The position numbers and the translations under genes were made by a program. From Seison nebaliae (taxonomy: Eukaryota), in NCBI GenBank assembly GCA_023231475.1, contig JALJEE010001751.1, positions 1 through 32,090 of the forward strand: a stretch of DNA of 32,090 nt, in the 5' to 3' direction. This document shows positions 12,079 to 23,386 of the stretch, piece after piece (the first letter of the stretch is position 1; each line of letters starts with the position of its first letter). The notes beneath the pieces were generated by a model, which saw only the letters and a program-made list of their open reading frames with translations, made no database searches and was not told where the DNA came from.

Positions 12079-13462
12079 CTATTATCAGATGTCAATTGAT
12101 GTCTATATTGTCAATACGTTACCTTCCTAGATTAACAAACAAAAAATAAGAAAATTATCAATATTTTTCTCTTTTGTTTCCTCCTGCTACATTCCATAAT
12201 AATGACGAATAATTTTTTCCTTCATACCTTTCAACTTCCATTTTTCTCCTCCATCTCTCTAATATCCAACCGATCTTGTAAGTTATCCATCTTCAAGGTT
12301 CCTCTCATTAAATAGTTTTGTAGATCAAGAAGTTCATCATCGTGAACAAATCCACAAAACTGCTACAAATGTGTACAAAAAAAACTATGAATAATGTTCT
12401 AAACGTCCATCAGCGTTCGGAGAATAAAAATCATAAAATTAATTGGAAAGACAAAAAAAATTGAAGTTGGAATATTAAAATTTTTTACATAAATTTCATA
12501 TGGAAATATGATGGTTGTTTGATGAAGAATTTTATCTTACCAGATTGCTGGTAGTGGAGTATATGGTGTGGAAATGAAGAAAATTGTTGAAAAGAATTTT
12601 TTGTTTGTTTGTGAACATCTATGGAGAAATGTGTGAAGAATATCGTCGAATTTGCTGTAAAGTTTTAGATTTAATCGTCAGAAGAAATTTATGCGGAAGG
12701 AATTATGGAATATTTTTCTTTTTCAGAATAATAATAATATTTCACAAAATTGTTTCAAAGTAGAAAAAGTCGAGATTAGGTAGGAATGGAAGAAATTTGA
12801 AGTTGAATTGAATGGAATTGAAATTGAGAATGAGATGAAGTAATAATTATGAATTGATGATGATAACGGAGAGATGGAGAAAGATGATTAAAGATAAATT
12901 GTTTCCACCATCTTTCTATAGAACATTTATATCAATTTACTCATTCGTGCAATCAATAGGCAGAAAAAAATTATTTTTCTGTCATTCCAATAAATATAAA
13001 TTATTTCATAACATTCCTCCATTATTCGAATGTGTCCATTGCGTCATATCGCGCACAGACACACCAACACAGCGAGATAGAAAGGGAAACTTTATAAAAA
13101 CTTCAAATTACTGATTGTCAAATGAATTGGAGAGAAAGAAAGAAGAAGGAGGAGAGCGAACTTCCATTTCTTTTTCTTTCTAGTGAATTTATTAATAATT
13201 GATATTCGAATGTGAGAAGGAAAGATGAAAATAATAAGAAATTTCTTCTAATAACATAAACAATAATATTGGTAACAGCAAGAATAATACAAGAAAATGT
13301 TTTTGCTTTTTTTTGAATTACATCGATTTCGTTCCTTTTTATCAATATTCCTCTCTCACGATTATTACTTCCAAGAAAAAAGTTTCTTCCTTTCCCAAAT
13401 TCACATCGATTTGTCGAAACATCGATTGACAAGAATGGCTACATTTCTTTTTTATAAGTTTC

Positions 13463-13622
13463 TTTTTTAGTTTCATTAAATGACTTCACTGAAAGAACGA
13501 ACGCACAAACCAATTGAGAATTGTGGAAACTAATGTTACGCAACGAATTAATTTGTTCGTCATAATTATTCAGTGTTCGCCAAACGGCTATTTCAGAGAG
13601 TATGTGTGAGTGGGAGAAAGTG
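13463..13622 (-). pseudogene. 160-bp duplicated fragment of the kinase coding sequence (7021-7180)
   Basis: Ungapped match at offset 6442 with 5 mismatches in 160 nt. The kinase reading frame is closed by stop codons shortly outside the copy on both sides. Confidence 0.9.
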
Positions 13623-14437
13623 TTATCATATTATTAAATACATCATGGTGAATTCATTGTTATCCTATAGTGAATCCACGATTCACCATTGGAAGAATCC
13701 ATCAGTGGATTTTCTTCTTTCTTTTTAACCATTCGGACATATTGCATATGTGAGACAATAAAATATTTAATTTCAATTTCACTTTCTTTTCGGACAACAA
13801 ATATGTTGATGAATTATATCGTGCTTGGAAATGATATGGCGTGAGTAGCAGTCGTAAGAGATTGGAAGTAAGGTTGAGAGAAAGAAGATGAATCTGCGTC
13901 ATAAATTGCATTAGAAATATATTTATGAAATGAGAGATATGTAAATATAAGCAACATGTATTCACATAGTGTTCGATGATGAAAATATGAAAATAAATTT
14001 CTCAATTTCAATTTTTAACCAACATCTAAATTATGTAAATGTTGTCGGTTTTTCTTTCATTGAAAATGTTTTTTAAATAAAATTCTCACAATATGATTGT
14101 CCGGTTCTTTCTTCGTGACATCAATGTTAGTGGATGGAATAACTCCCAATTTAATCATACATACGTAATAATACGTGATTGATGAGATGATAATATTTTA
14201 AATTCATTTTCTCAATTTTGATATTATCTTTAACTTTTTAAAATTTGATGAATGAAACGATTTTAAAGAACGACTGTAGATGTGAAGGAACCATGTTATG
14301 AATGATCGATACGAATGGTGGAGTTGTAATGTCAAATGGAATTGGAGGAGAATAGAATTGGTTCTCCGAAACCGACTTAATCGAATTAGAATTTTTTGGA
14401 ATTCCATTAGATTATATTTGTGAGAAGGAGAAAGGGG

Positions 14438-14493
14438 AAGAAGAAGAAGAAGAAGAAGACGAAGAAGAAGAATACGAAGAAGAAGAAGAAGAA
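14438..14493 (+). repeat. Imperfect (GAA)n microsatellite
   Basis: Read directly from the sequence. Confidence 0.9.
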
Positions 14494-15470
14494 TAGAATT
14501 TATATGATAATTAATTATTTATTGGTGCGATTATATATAAATAATGTTGGGAGAATAATTCTTCTATTTGTCGTTTGACGACCGATCTACAGATGAACAA
14601 GTAAGCGATCGAATGAAGAACATACATGTAGATGGATGGATGAATGAATAGAGGAGGGGAGAAGTGTATATGTAAACGAAGTAGTAGGTGAATGATATAT
14701 TGACATTAATTCTTGTGCATCGATATATACATTGGAATTGTATTGATTGTTTATTGAGTATGTGTGCGATGCATGTGTGATGGTGGTGGTGGTAGTGGTG
14801 GTGTGGCTGGAGAAAGATGGGAGAGAATGGAAGAAAGATGAAGAAGAAAAATGAACAATTGCTTCACAAATGGTAGTATATGGGAGGAGGAATATTTATC
14901 TTTTTGGAGAAATGATTGTAATGAAGTGAATGTGATAAAATAATCGGAAGAAAATGATGGGAATAGAATGAGAAAGAAGTGAGAAATAATGTCGAAGTAA
15001 ATAATGGATGAGTGAGATGTTGGTGCATATATTCGTTTGTGATTAGGTTGTATGACCTATGTGCATGTACATACGATTGGAGAAGGAACATAGTAGCAGA
15101 TATGCGAATAAAATAGGAAAAAATGGTGGAGAAAAAAAAATAGAAGAGAAAGAAGAACGGAATCAAACGATAAGAGGAGAAATGCTCAATATTCTTTCTT
15201 CTTCTTCTTTTTCTCAATTCATCTCATCTCTTTGTGTCTCTTTCGGTTACCCTTTCTTCCTTTATGTATTTATACTTAACATTTATTCGCCTTCGATATC
15301 AGACTACGGTACTTATACTACTGAACAGTAAATTGGACGATGTTATTCTCGTTATTATCCCCATCGAAATTACAGCAAATATTTTACTGCAGCCATTTTA
15401 TTTGTTCGATTGTTTCTCTTATCATTTTTCGCTCGTCCACTTATCTGTTGATTGATTGACTGATTGATTA

Positions 15471-15539
15471 ATTCATTCATTCATTCATTCACTTTCTAAC
15501 TGACTGACTAAGCGAATGAATGAGTGAATGAATGAATGA
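15471..15539 (+). repeat. Inverted tetranucleotide repeats (ATTC)5 and (GAAT)n separated by 23 nt
   Basis: 15471-15490 is complementary to 15514-15533 with one G-T pair. Confidence 0.85.
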
Positions 15540-16083
15540 CGAACCGAATTGATGTTATTCTCCTACTTCTCCTCGCCATATTACATAATATTCTTGAAGA
15601 AATATTTTTTTCTTATTTTTCTTCTCAAAACAATTTCCGCGTATACATACCACAATATGTAAAATTGTGCTGTATAATTATTGGGGTGTTATAGGAGTCT
15701 CCAAATAAGTCTCTTCTCTCATCTTACATAATGCAAGTCGTTCTTCATCTTCTTCTTCTTAATAAAAGCAGATAGTTATGTTCCGGTTACTCCACTAGAA
15801 GTCGACTATTCATTAAATTTCGTGTAAATCCCTGCGCTCATAAAAAAACGAAACGGAAAAAGGACGAGAAATAATGAAATATTTCCGTTGAAGACGAGGA
15901 AATTTGAAAAGAAAAATTTAAGAAAAGTAATTGTGAAATATCAAGGAACTTCCACCACGATAAATTGAAAAAGAGAAAGAACATTTGTTGAAAAATTGTA
16001 CTTAATGCTTGAAACCGTTATGGAATGTTCTGGTGTTCGAGAAGGAAAAAAGATAATGAATCATTTCCAACATCTTTTTTCGG

Positions 16084-19000
16084 ATGATCGAAGTGATAAA
16101 GAATGATTCCATAAATCTTGGTATGAAGCATTATCAAACTAATCATTTCCATCATCTTCATCAAAATAATAATATATTCCGTCAGCAACTACAGGAGCAG
16201 GAAGAATATATTCTAACTAATAACATTAACAACAACATTAACAACAATCATAACAACAACAACAACAACAATAAAAAGAAGAAGATTAATAAGAATAATA
16301 ATAATAAGAATAACTTGTATCAGAAAAATTGTTGTGAAGAGGAAGGAGAACGGAATCGATTGGAAAAAGAACATTTCGGAGAAGAACCAAATCGTTCGTC
16401 AACGATTGTTGGTGGTGGGAGAATCATGTCCCACTTATTACCAGCATTTGTTGTCGACCCAATCCATCAATTACATGATCTTGATACTCCGCATATGATC
16501 GTTTATCGGAAGATGGAGAATTTGATTCAACGAATGTGGACTGGTGGAGAGAATGAGAGTAGTAGTTCGAATGTCAATTCGAATATGCACAATAATATGG
16601 GAAATACGGGAAACATCTCGTCATCCACTAACGATAATGATGGAGTTCCTATAAAGACAGTGAAAGGTTTCTTGTCTAAAATTCCTAGTGTAGTAACCGG
16701 TGCTGATATCATTCAATGGTTGATGAGGAAACTACGATGTGATTGCGAGGAAGCTGTTCGATTAGCTTCTCAACTTGCCGTTCAAGGGTACGTCTTTTCC
16801 ATTGACGACCATTCATGTACGGTGAAGAATGACGGAACATTCTATCGTTTTCAAACACCATATTATTGGCCTTCCTGGGGCGTCGAACCAGATATCACTG
16901 AGTATGCAGTCTATCTGTGTAAGAGGACGATGGCTGGAGCGAAAGCTTCTCGAACACCATTAGCTGATTGGGAAGCCGAAGCACTTTCTCGTCTTCAAAA
17001 ACAATTATCGAGAAAATGGGAATTCATCTATATGCAAGCAGAGGCGCAAGTCAAAGTGGAGAGGAAAAGAGATAACATCGAACGGAAAATTATCGCTTCA
17101 CAAGAACGAGCTTATTGGTATTTGCACAAACCACCACCCGGCACTGTCAATACTCGTGATGTGGATGTGAGGAAAACGATGAAGACCCAACAATTAGTCA
17201 TTGCTCGATTATCCGATCTTACCGAATCGAAATGGCTTCTACTCTCCGAAATGGAACAAGTGAGAATCATTGAATATTTGAATAAAGAAATCGTTTGTTG
17301 GACGGATCGTGGCGAGAAGAGAAGTATGAAGAATTCGAAAGTCGCCGAATCATACATCAGTTATTATGAACAACATCGAGAATATGATTTCCTTCTACCC
17401 GGATCGATCGATGCACATAATCCATGGATTGATGCATCATCAGCTGATGATTGTTGGGCAGATGAACGAGGAGCATTATTACAATCGAATATGCAGAATT
17501 CTGGTGTTACCAGCATACCAACAACAACAACAACTGTTACATCCACACAACATGTGAATATTTCAGCGAGACGTGCTCGAAAATGGGCATTCTCCATTAA
17601 CGAAATGTTAAAAGATCCGAGAGGACATGATGCATTTATGAAATTCTTAGAATCAGAATATTCGAGTGAAAATCTTCGATTTTATGCCGCTTGTAAACAT
17701 TTGAGATTAGTGGCACAAAGTGCAATCGTTGCAACTATACGTCATATATATCACGAATTTCTTGCTCCTGGTGCACTTTATCCGATAAATATCGATTCTC
17801 GTATTATGGCACTTACACGACAACGATTGGAGAACAGTAATTTATTGATGAGTCGTTCACCGAAAAATTCTAGAAATATCTCTTCTTCCATCAACACAGC
17901 GATTAATGAGAAAGCTAATTTAACTACCACCTCCACAACATCAATTATGACGACCACTGCCGTCACCATGGCGACGACGACCATATTAACTCAATTCACA
18001 TCGACAACATCAACAAATGGATCAGTTTCAATGGTAGCTCAACGGACACTCTCCCAAGCTCCATCTCTCAACAATCAATTGAATATGAAAGAGGGAACGA
18101 CCAATAATCAATTGACAAGTTTGATGAGCACTAAAGAGAACAGTAATTCCATTAACAATAGTAAAGATGGTGATTCGAATTCGATGTTATCATCAAATCA
18201 AAGTTTGAACGTTTCCAATCTCCGTTATATTTTCGACGAAGCTCAAGAACATATATTTTCGTTAATGTCACGTGATTCGTATAATCGATTCATCAAATCC
18301 GATAAATATCGAGATTTGATCAGTGTCACCACTCCAAGTACTCTTATTGGAACGACAATTATTGGAACTGGATTAACGACAAATACGACATCGAGCAGTA
18401 CAGCATTAATGTCAGCCATGACGTCCAACATCTTCTCTGCCAATCCAACATCATCTTCACCAGCTGCCGTTGCTCCTACAACTTCAACAATACATGCCTC
18501 AACAACAACAACAACAACGGGAGGAGCAACAACAACTTTAACACCTTCAAACAATTTTTATGCTCATATTAGACAAAATTCTTTAGCACTTGTCCCAGTC
18601 ACCAGTAGTACCAATTCGATGATAAACGTTTCGTCAACCATCCCAACAACAACAACAACATTAAACTCGATTACGTTGTCAACAATAACAGCAGCCGTTC
18701 AGAAGAATTCCATCAAATCAACATCTCCATCATTGCCATTGACACAAACTTCGTCAGTTACAACTACATTACCAATCACCTCACCAGTCACATCTATTGT
18801 CACCGCCATGGTTGCGGTAACGAATATCCCAACGACGAATACTCATACAGCATCGACCGAAAGTCGTGATTCATATAATTTACGAGAGAAACATCAATCT
18901 TTGAAAGCTGATTCGAAAACCTCTTCCATATCTCCTTCATTCGCCACCAGTTCTTATGTAATACCTTCGGCAACAACAGCACCAATCACCACAGCGTCTG

Positions 19001-19479
19001 TTAATAGGAAGAAGAAGAAGAAAGTACAAAGTACAATATCACATGATCATCCACCGCCCCCACAATCATCATCCACCACTTCATCATTTCCATCAAATAA
19101 TCAAAATCAGAATAGTTCAATTTGTGATAATACGATACATGCCAATTCCCAAGGACAATTCCCATCAAACGTACTCACGTCAGATTCTGTTCACAAATCA
19201 GACTCGTGTAAAAATTTCCATATCGACAATCGCGAAAAGAGTAATTCGATTATGGAGAAGAATAAACGAACCAAACACCGAATCTCCAAAACTTCGAGTT
19301 CGAAACAGAATGACAGACGTCATCGGACATCGACTAAAGCCGGTTCGTCATCAGCTTCGACGAACAGTAAAAAAAATAATTCACCAAATGTTCAGGAAAT
19401 AGTAACGTCCACATCAGGAACAGTTGTCAAGATTGCTCGAGATTCATCTCACAAACAAGAATCAAGAAAGTATGTTTGA
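16084..19479 (+). CDS. RGS7: R7-family regulator of G-protein signalling (RGS6/7, EGL-10-like; DEP-DHEX-GGL-RGS) in a single ORF with long low-complexity inserts
   Basis: DEP/DHEX motifs GVPIKTVKGFLSKIPSVVTGADI, VKNDGTFYRFQTPYYWPS, YAVYLCKRTM and SQERAYW. GGL motif SKVAESYISYYEQ..YD...NPW. RGS motifs FLESEYSSENLRFY, IYHEFLAPGA..PINID and DSYNRF. The true start may be a downstream ATG such as 16426. Confidence 0.92.
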   Translation: MIEVIKNDSINLGMKHYQTNHFHHLHQNNNIFRQQLQEQEEYILTNNINNNINNNHNNNNNNNKKKKINKNNNNKNNLYQKNCCEEEGERNRLEKEHFGEEPNRSSTIVGGGRIMSHLLPAFVVDPIHQLHDLDTPHMIVYRKMENLIQRMWTGGENESSSSNVNSNMHNNMGNTGNISSSTNDNDGVPIKTVKGFLSKIPSVVTGADIIQWLMRKLRCDCEEAVRLASQLAVQGYVFSIDDHSCTVKNDGTFYRFQTPYYWPSWGVEPDITEYAVYLCKRTMAGAKASRTPLADWEAEALSRLQKQLSRKWEFIYMQAEAQVKVERKRDNIERKIIASQERAYWYLHKPPPGTVNTRDVDVRKTMKTQQLVIARLSDLTESKWLLLSEMEQVRIIEYLNKEIVCWTDRGEKRSMKNSKVAESYISYYEQHREYDFLLPGSIDAHNPWIDASSADDCWADERGALLQSNMQNSGVTSIPTTTTTVTSTQHVNISARRARKWAFSINEMLKDPRGHDAFMKFLESEYSSENLRFYAACKHLRLVAQSAIVATIRHIYHEFLAPGALYPINIDSRIMALTRQRLENSNLLMSRSPKNSRNISSSINTAINEKANLTTTSTTSIMTTTAVTMATTTILTQFTSTTSTNGSVSMVAQRTLSQAPSLNNQLNMKEGTTNNQLTSLMSTKENSNSINNSKDGDSNSMLSSNQSLNVSNLRYIFDEAQEHIFSLMSRDSYNRFIKSDKYRDLISVTTPSTLIGTTIIGTGLTTNTTSSSTALMSAMTSNIFSANPTSSSPAAVAPTTSTIHASTTTTTTGGATTTLTPSNNFYAHIRQNSLALVPVTSSTNSMINVSSTIPTTTTTLNSITLSTITAAVQKNSIKSTSPSLPLTQTSSVTTTLPITSPVTSIVTAMVAVTNIPTTNTHTASTESRDSYNLREKHQSLKADSKTSSISPSFATSSYVIPSATTAPITTASVNRKKKKKVQSTISHDHPPPPQSSSTTSSFPSNNQNQNSSICDNTIHANSQGQFPSNVLTSDSVHKSDSCKNFHIDNREKSNSIMEKNKRTKHRISKTSSSKQNDRRHRTSTKAGSSSASTNSKKNNSPNVQEIVTSTSGTVVKIARDSSHKQESRKYV

Positions 19480-19869
19480 ATCGGAATAAAAAAATCACCA
19501 AATCCGATTTAAATGTCAGAAATAAAATTTTGAAAATTGATAAAAAAGAATTCAGATAATTCAACAATGGAAATTGTAAAAATCTTCTCAACATTTTTCT
19601 AGAAATTCATTCATTCACCAAATTTATGAGAAAAACTTTCTTTCAATTCTTTCCACATTTGTTTATTCCTTTCTTTTATTATAGTTTTTTTTTCTATGAC
19701 TCTCACCATTTCTTATCGGTTGCCTCCCAACATTCTACCAAATTTTTTCTCATCGCCCAATCTCTCTCGAACGAATATCTACTAGTCATTCATATTCGAC
19801 ATTCTCACTTCAAATTTATTTATATATTTATCGAAATTTCATTAAAAACCATATTTTTTCAAAGTTCTC

Positions 19870-20996
19870 TTAACGAACATTATTTTTCATACTATTCTTT
19901 CTTCTACGTCGAACAATCGAGATGATATAATGGAAATATCGACGACCTCTCTTGAAAGTGGCGAAGAATTGTTGGACATGTCCATCCACTTTCATCACCA
20001 ATTCCTTCCGATAACATAATATTAAGATGAAGAATATGAATAACATAGCAAGCATAGCAAGTGCAAATATTCTTCTCCAATCTATTCTTCCTTCTTCTTC
20101 TTCATTCGTTGATTCTTCATCTGAATGTGATTTCATTAAATATTGATTCGTCGGTGGAAATTCTGGTATGCGACACGGTTCAGGACAACATCGAGAATTG
20201 GTAATTGGAGCGAGACAATACCCAACCCGTTTTGAATTGGTCCGTGGCATTAGTGATGGTGGTGGTAGTGGTGTTCTTCCTGCAGGTGGCGCTTGAACTA
20301 CTTGAACGATTGGCGATTCCATAACACATCCAATCGCTGCGGCAACGGCGACGTCCGGGCCTCGAAGTAATTCGGAGTTGAACATCGATTTTAAAAGATC
20401 GACAATTCGATGTGGTTCATTTTTGCAGAGATGATGAGAATATTGTGCAACTTCTAAGGTCTTATTCAAACAAATCATCCGATCAACATTTGGTATTAAA
20501 TGATTAACTAGGAAATCATGAAGATCTTTAATTCCTTTCGTAGTACACGTAAATTTAATAAAACGTTCTTTCAATTCTTTTAGTTGAGTATCAATATCTC
20601 TAAATTTATTAATACGTTTATTGATTAATACTTGTCTCTCATGTCTAATCCAATACTTGACTTCATGAATATAAGATCCCAAATTCAACAAAGACGTAAT
20701 AGCTGGCGTATATAACTGAAAGACTTGGTCAATTGAAGTCCTTCCTACAATGGGAGAATTACTCAAAATCTGATGTAATTCAGCTATGTAAGTTTTTAGC
20801 GGAATCTTCCTCATAATTCTTCCCCATGGAACTAAATTGGAAAGATAAATAGAATGATCTATATTGAGGGGAACTTTATTAAAGAACTTTGATAATTTAG
20901 AAGAAGATCTTCAAACAATTCTAAGAAATCTGCAAATTTCCCTACCCGTTCCACGAAATAGGAAAGAATTCCATCCACACACTTTAAATCGTTCAT
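19870..20996 (-). CDS. Uncharacterised ~350-aa protein with a Pro-rich segment and a C-terminal transmembrane helix, 2 exons (intron 20832-20887)
   Basis: The 314-codon ORF is extended in frame by a 109-nt ATG-initiated exon across a 56-nt GTT..TAG intron. The hydrophobic stretch IFALAMLAMLFIFFILILCY is the predicted helix. No family recognised. Confidence 0.7.
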
Positions 20997-22027
20997 TGAT
21001 CGGTTTAATTAGATAATTGATGGAAGCAAGTTGGAAGGATTTAGTCAAAAAAATAATTAACATAAAATTAAAATAGAAAAATTATTCGAATTGAATAAAA
21101 TCAAATTTTTAATTGGGAACAACACTATTATTCTTCCATGATATTCCGCATTAACCTTTCTAAATTCCCTTCAATATTTCTCTTTAATTCGAAAATTTCG
21201 AAGATGTTCATTTTATATTCGGTAATTTCCTTTATTAAAAAATGATTTTCTTTTATAGTCGATTGATAGATTTTGAATTTCTAATCTCATAAAACCCTTA
21301 GTCAGAAGTGAGGAAATGGAATGTAGATAAATTGAATTAGTGTTTTCTTAATTACTTTTATTAAGAATCAATAAAGTACGTATAAAATAACAATCAACCA
21401 ATTTCATTGAATCAATTCAATTGAGAATAACTAACATATGTCCAGTCATTTCTCCCCCATGTCGATTGAGTGAATTGTGGGATTAGAAAGAAGACTCCAA
21501 CTTTCTGCTCTGAATGCAACTGAAAATTCAAAAAATCCCACAAGTTCATATTACTCACAACAATAATTAATTACTACTTGCTATTACTATTTTATGCTCG
21601 AACTGATCAAAACAACATTAATACGAAAGTTTTACCCCGAAGGGACAAATGTCCACTAATCGAACAATATAAACAAACAAGAATGTGGGAATGAGAATGT
21701 ATCGATTATAATTCATCGAATATTACGTATTGAATTGTATTTTTTTGATGTCTGGCTAATAAAATTGTTGTGTTGGTTGGAGGTTTGGAAAGAATAATTC
21801 ATAAAAACCGTCAACAAATATCCTGCTTTCAATCGAGGAACATTATATAGCAACTCTAGATTACCATATTAACAATAAACTTTCAGAGGCATCTTCTCCT
21901 CATCTTTTCGTCGATCTATTCTCGTACGTTTTAATACTGATTTATCGAAAAAATTTTAACGTGAAATTAAATTTTTTAATTTTTCTTTTTTTTAGAACGC
22001 TTTTTCACAAACCATTATCCACCCAAA

Positions 22028-22702
22028 ATGATTTTGATGATAATGTTATTCAACTTTCTCTTGAGATTTAATGAAGGACAATTTGGCAGAAATAAGAATA
22101 TTATGTTTATAAAATATGGAGAAACCCGAGGAATCTCTTTACGAAATAATTTGAAACAAATCACCAATTGCACATTAGATTGGGAATGTATGGCTATAGA
22201 GAATGGCGGAAATCCATGTTCTAAACATTGTGTTATACCAACTTTAGTCAAAGATCCACTTCCAGCCTCCGTTACATGTAATAGGCTAAAGAAAGATTTT
22301 GCAATAGAAACAAATTCCATAACAATAGGTATCATTCAGAATTTTATGTCTTATAATGTTCGGTCTTGGACAAATTTTAAATGCGGTTACCATTCCAGTT
22401 ACAATGATTTTTATCTCGGAAATGAGTTCTTATATAATTTTATGATGGAGAAACACATTAACGCTTTGATAATTCGTACTGATGTCAATATCCTCTGCGA
22501 ATTCCAAAAACCTTATCTATTGAACGAAGAAAACCTGTATGAATTGAAAGCAATCATGAAATTGTGTACAGCTGAAGAATTGGAGTATGGACGGTTTCTT
22601 ACAGGAAATGGAGAATTGACATGTAATTCTGGACAGTATCCTGCATTTTGGTTGCATCTTTGTGTAGAAGAAACCTTGAAAATCATAATTACATTCGATT
22701 GA
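22028..22702 (+). CDS. Secreted, highly divergent fibrinogen-related domain (FReD)-like protein
   Basis: Signal-peptide-like N-terminus. In order: VTCN, IIQ, RSWTNFKCGY, DFYLGNE, LIIR, NE...YELK and C......FWLHLC, which mirror the FReD motifs VYCD, VIQ, R.W.EYK.GF, EFWLGNE, LRI, E...Y.L and C......WWFNNC. Confidence 0.6.
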   Translation: MILMIMLFNFLLRFNEGQFGRNKNIMFIKYGETRGISLRNNLKQITNCTLDWECMAIENGGNPCSKHCVIPTLVKDPLPASVTCNRLKKDFAIETNSITIGIIQNFMSYNVRSWTNFKCGYHSSYNDFYLGNEFLYNFMMEKHINALIIRTDVNILCEFQKPYLLNEENLYELKAIMKLCTAEELEYGRFLTGNGELTCNSGQYPAFWLHLCVEETLKIIITFD

Positions 22703-23386
22703 AAGAATAATAATAAAATTATGAGAACAGTTAAAACTAATTTATCAGAAAGTAGATTGAAGTTTTAATATTTTTTGTTTCACAAATTCTCCTCCTTCTC
22801 TCAAATTTATTGCATTAAAAGAAGAAAAAAGAAATTAAATGTTCAAATCTCATTAAAGAATTCTCTAATAGAACATTCAGAAAATTCTTTCTCTTCTTGG
22901 ATTAATTGTAATCAAGATATAATTCACAAATAAAAAATTTGCTAATGGACATTTCTTCAAGTTTAAAGAACGGGACACGTGATAAAGTTTATGGAATATA
23001 GACTCATAATTACTGAACTTACATACTCTTTAGAAATATAGTACTTCATCTTATTTTCCTGTTGAATTTACCGGATAAAAAAGGAAATTTATTTGGAACA
23101 AATTCTTGATAAATATGATTGTTTTTCTTCACCATTTCGATGATTATTGAACGAAGTTATTCATTGTGCACGCAATAACGAACAATGAAACAGTGTCAAA
23201 GTGGATTAGAGTTTGTTAGAAAAGTCCCGATCTCAACTTGACCTGAATTGTTCATTGATTTTCGCTCCTTATTACGTTTATTGTACACGTGTATTAATAA
23301 AAGTTATGCACATGTTTATAATAATAAACGATTAATTTATTTTATATAATAATCAATTTTTAATCCACATATGATATATATTAATT

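Noticed and set aside
12011..14798. Long-range complementarity between CCACTACCACCA and TGGTGGTAGTGG, and alternating purine/pyrimidine-rich blocks
   Set aside because: Only 12 bp of low-complexity sequence, not distinguishable from chance.
11677..15455. Several 65-117 aa ORFs in the POGLUT1-RGS7 interval
   Set aside because: Low-complexity, microsatellite-derived composition, no recognisable motifs, and no consistent exon chain found.
16527..19402. Antisense and alternate-frame ORFs inside RGS7 (similar ones overlap IQCB1, the kinase, SDS22 and GIGYF)
   Set aside because: Shadows of biased codon usage in the real genes.
19870..20070. KASH-like tail in the orphan membrane protein
   Set aside because: No terminal PPPx motif in the unspliced form or in the obvious alternatively spliced ending.
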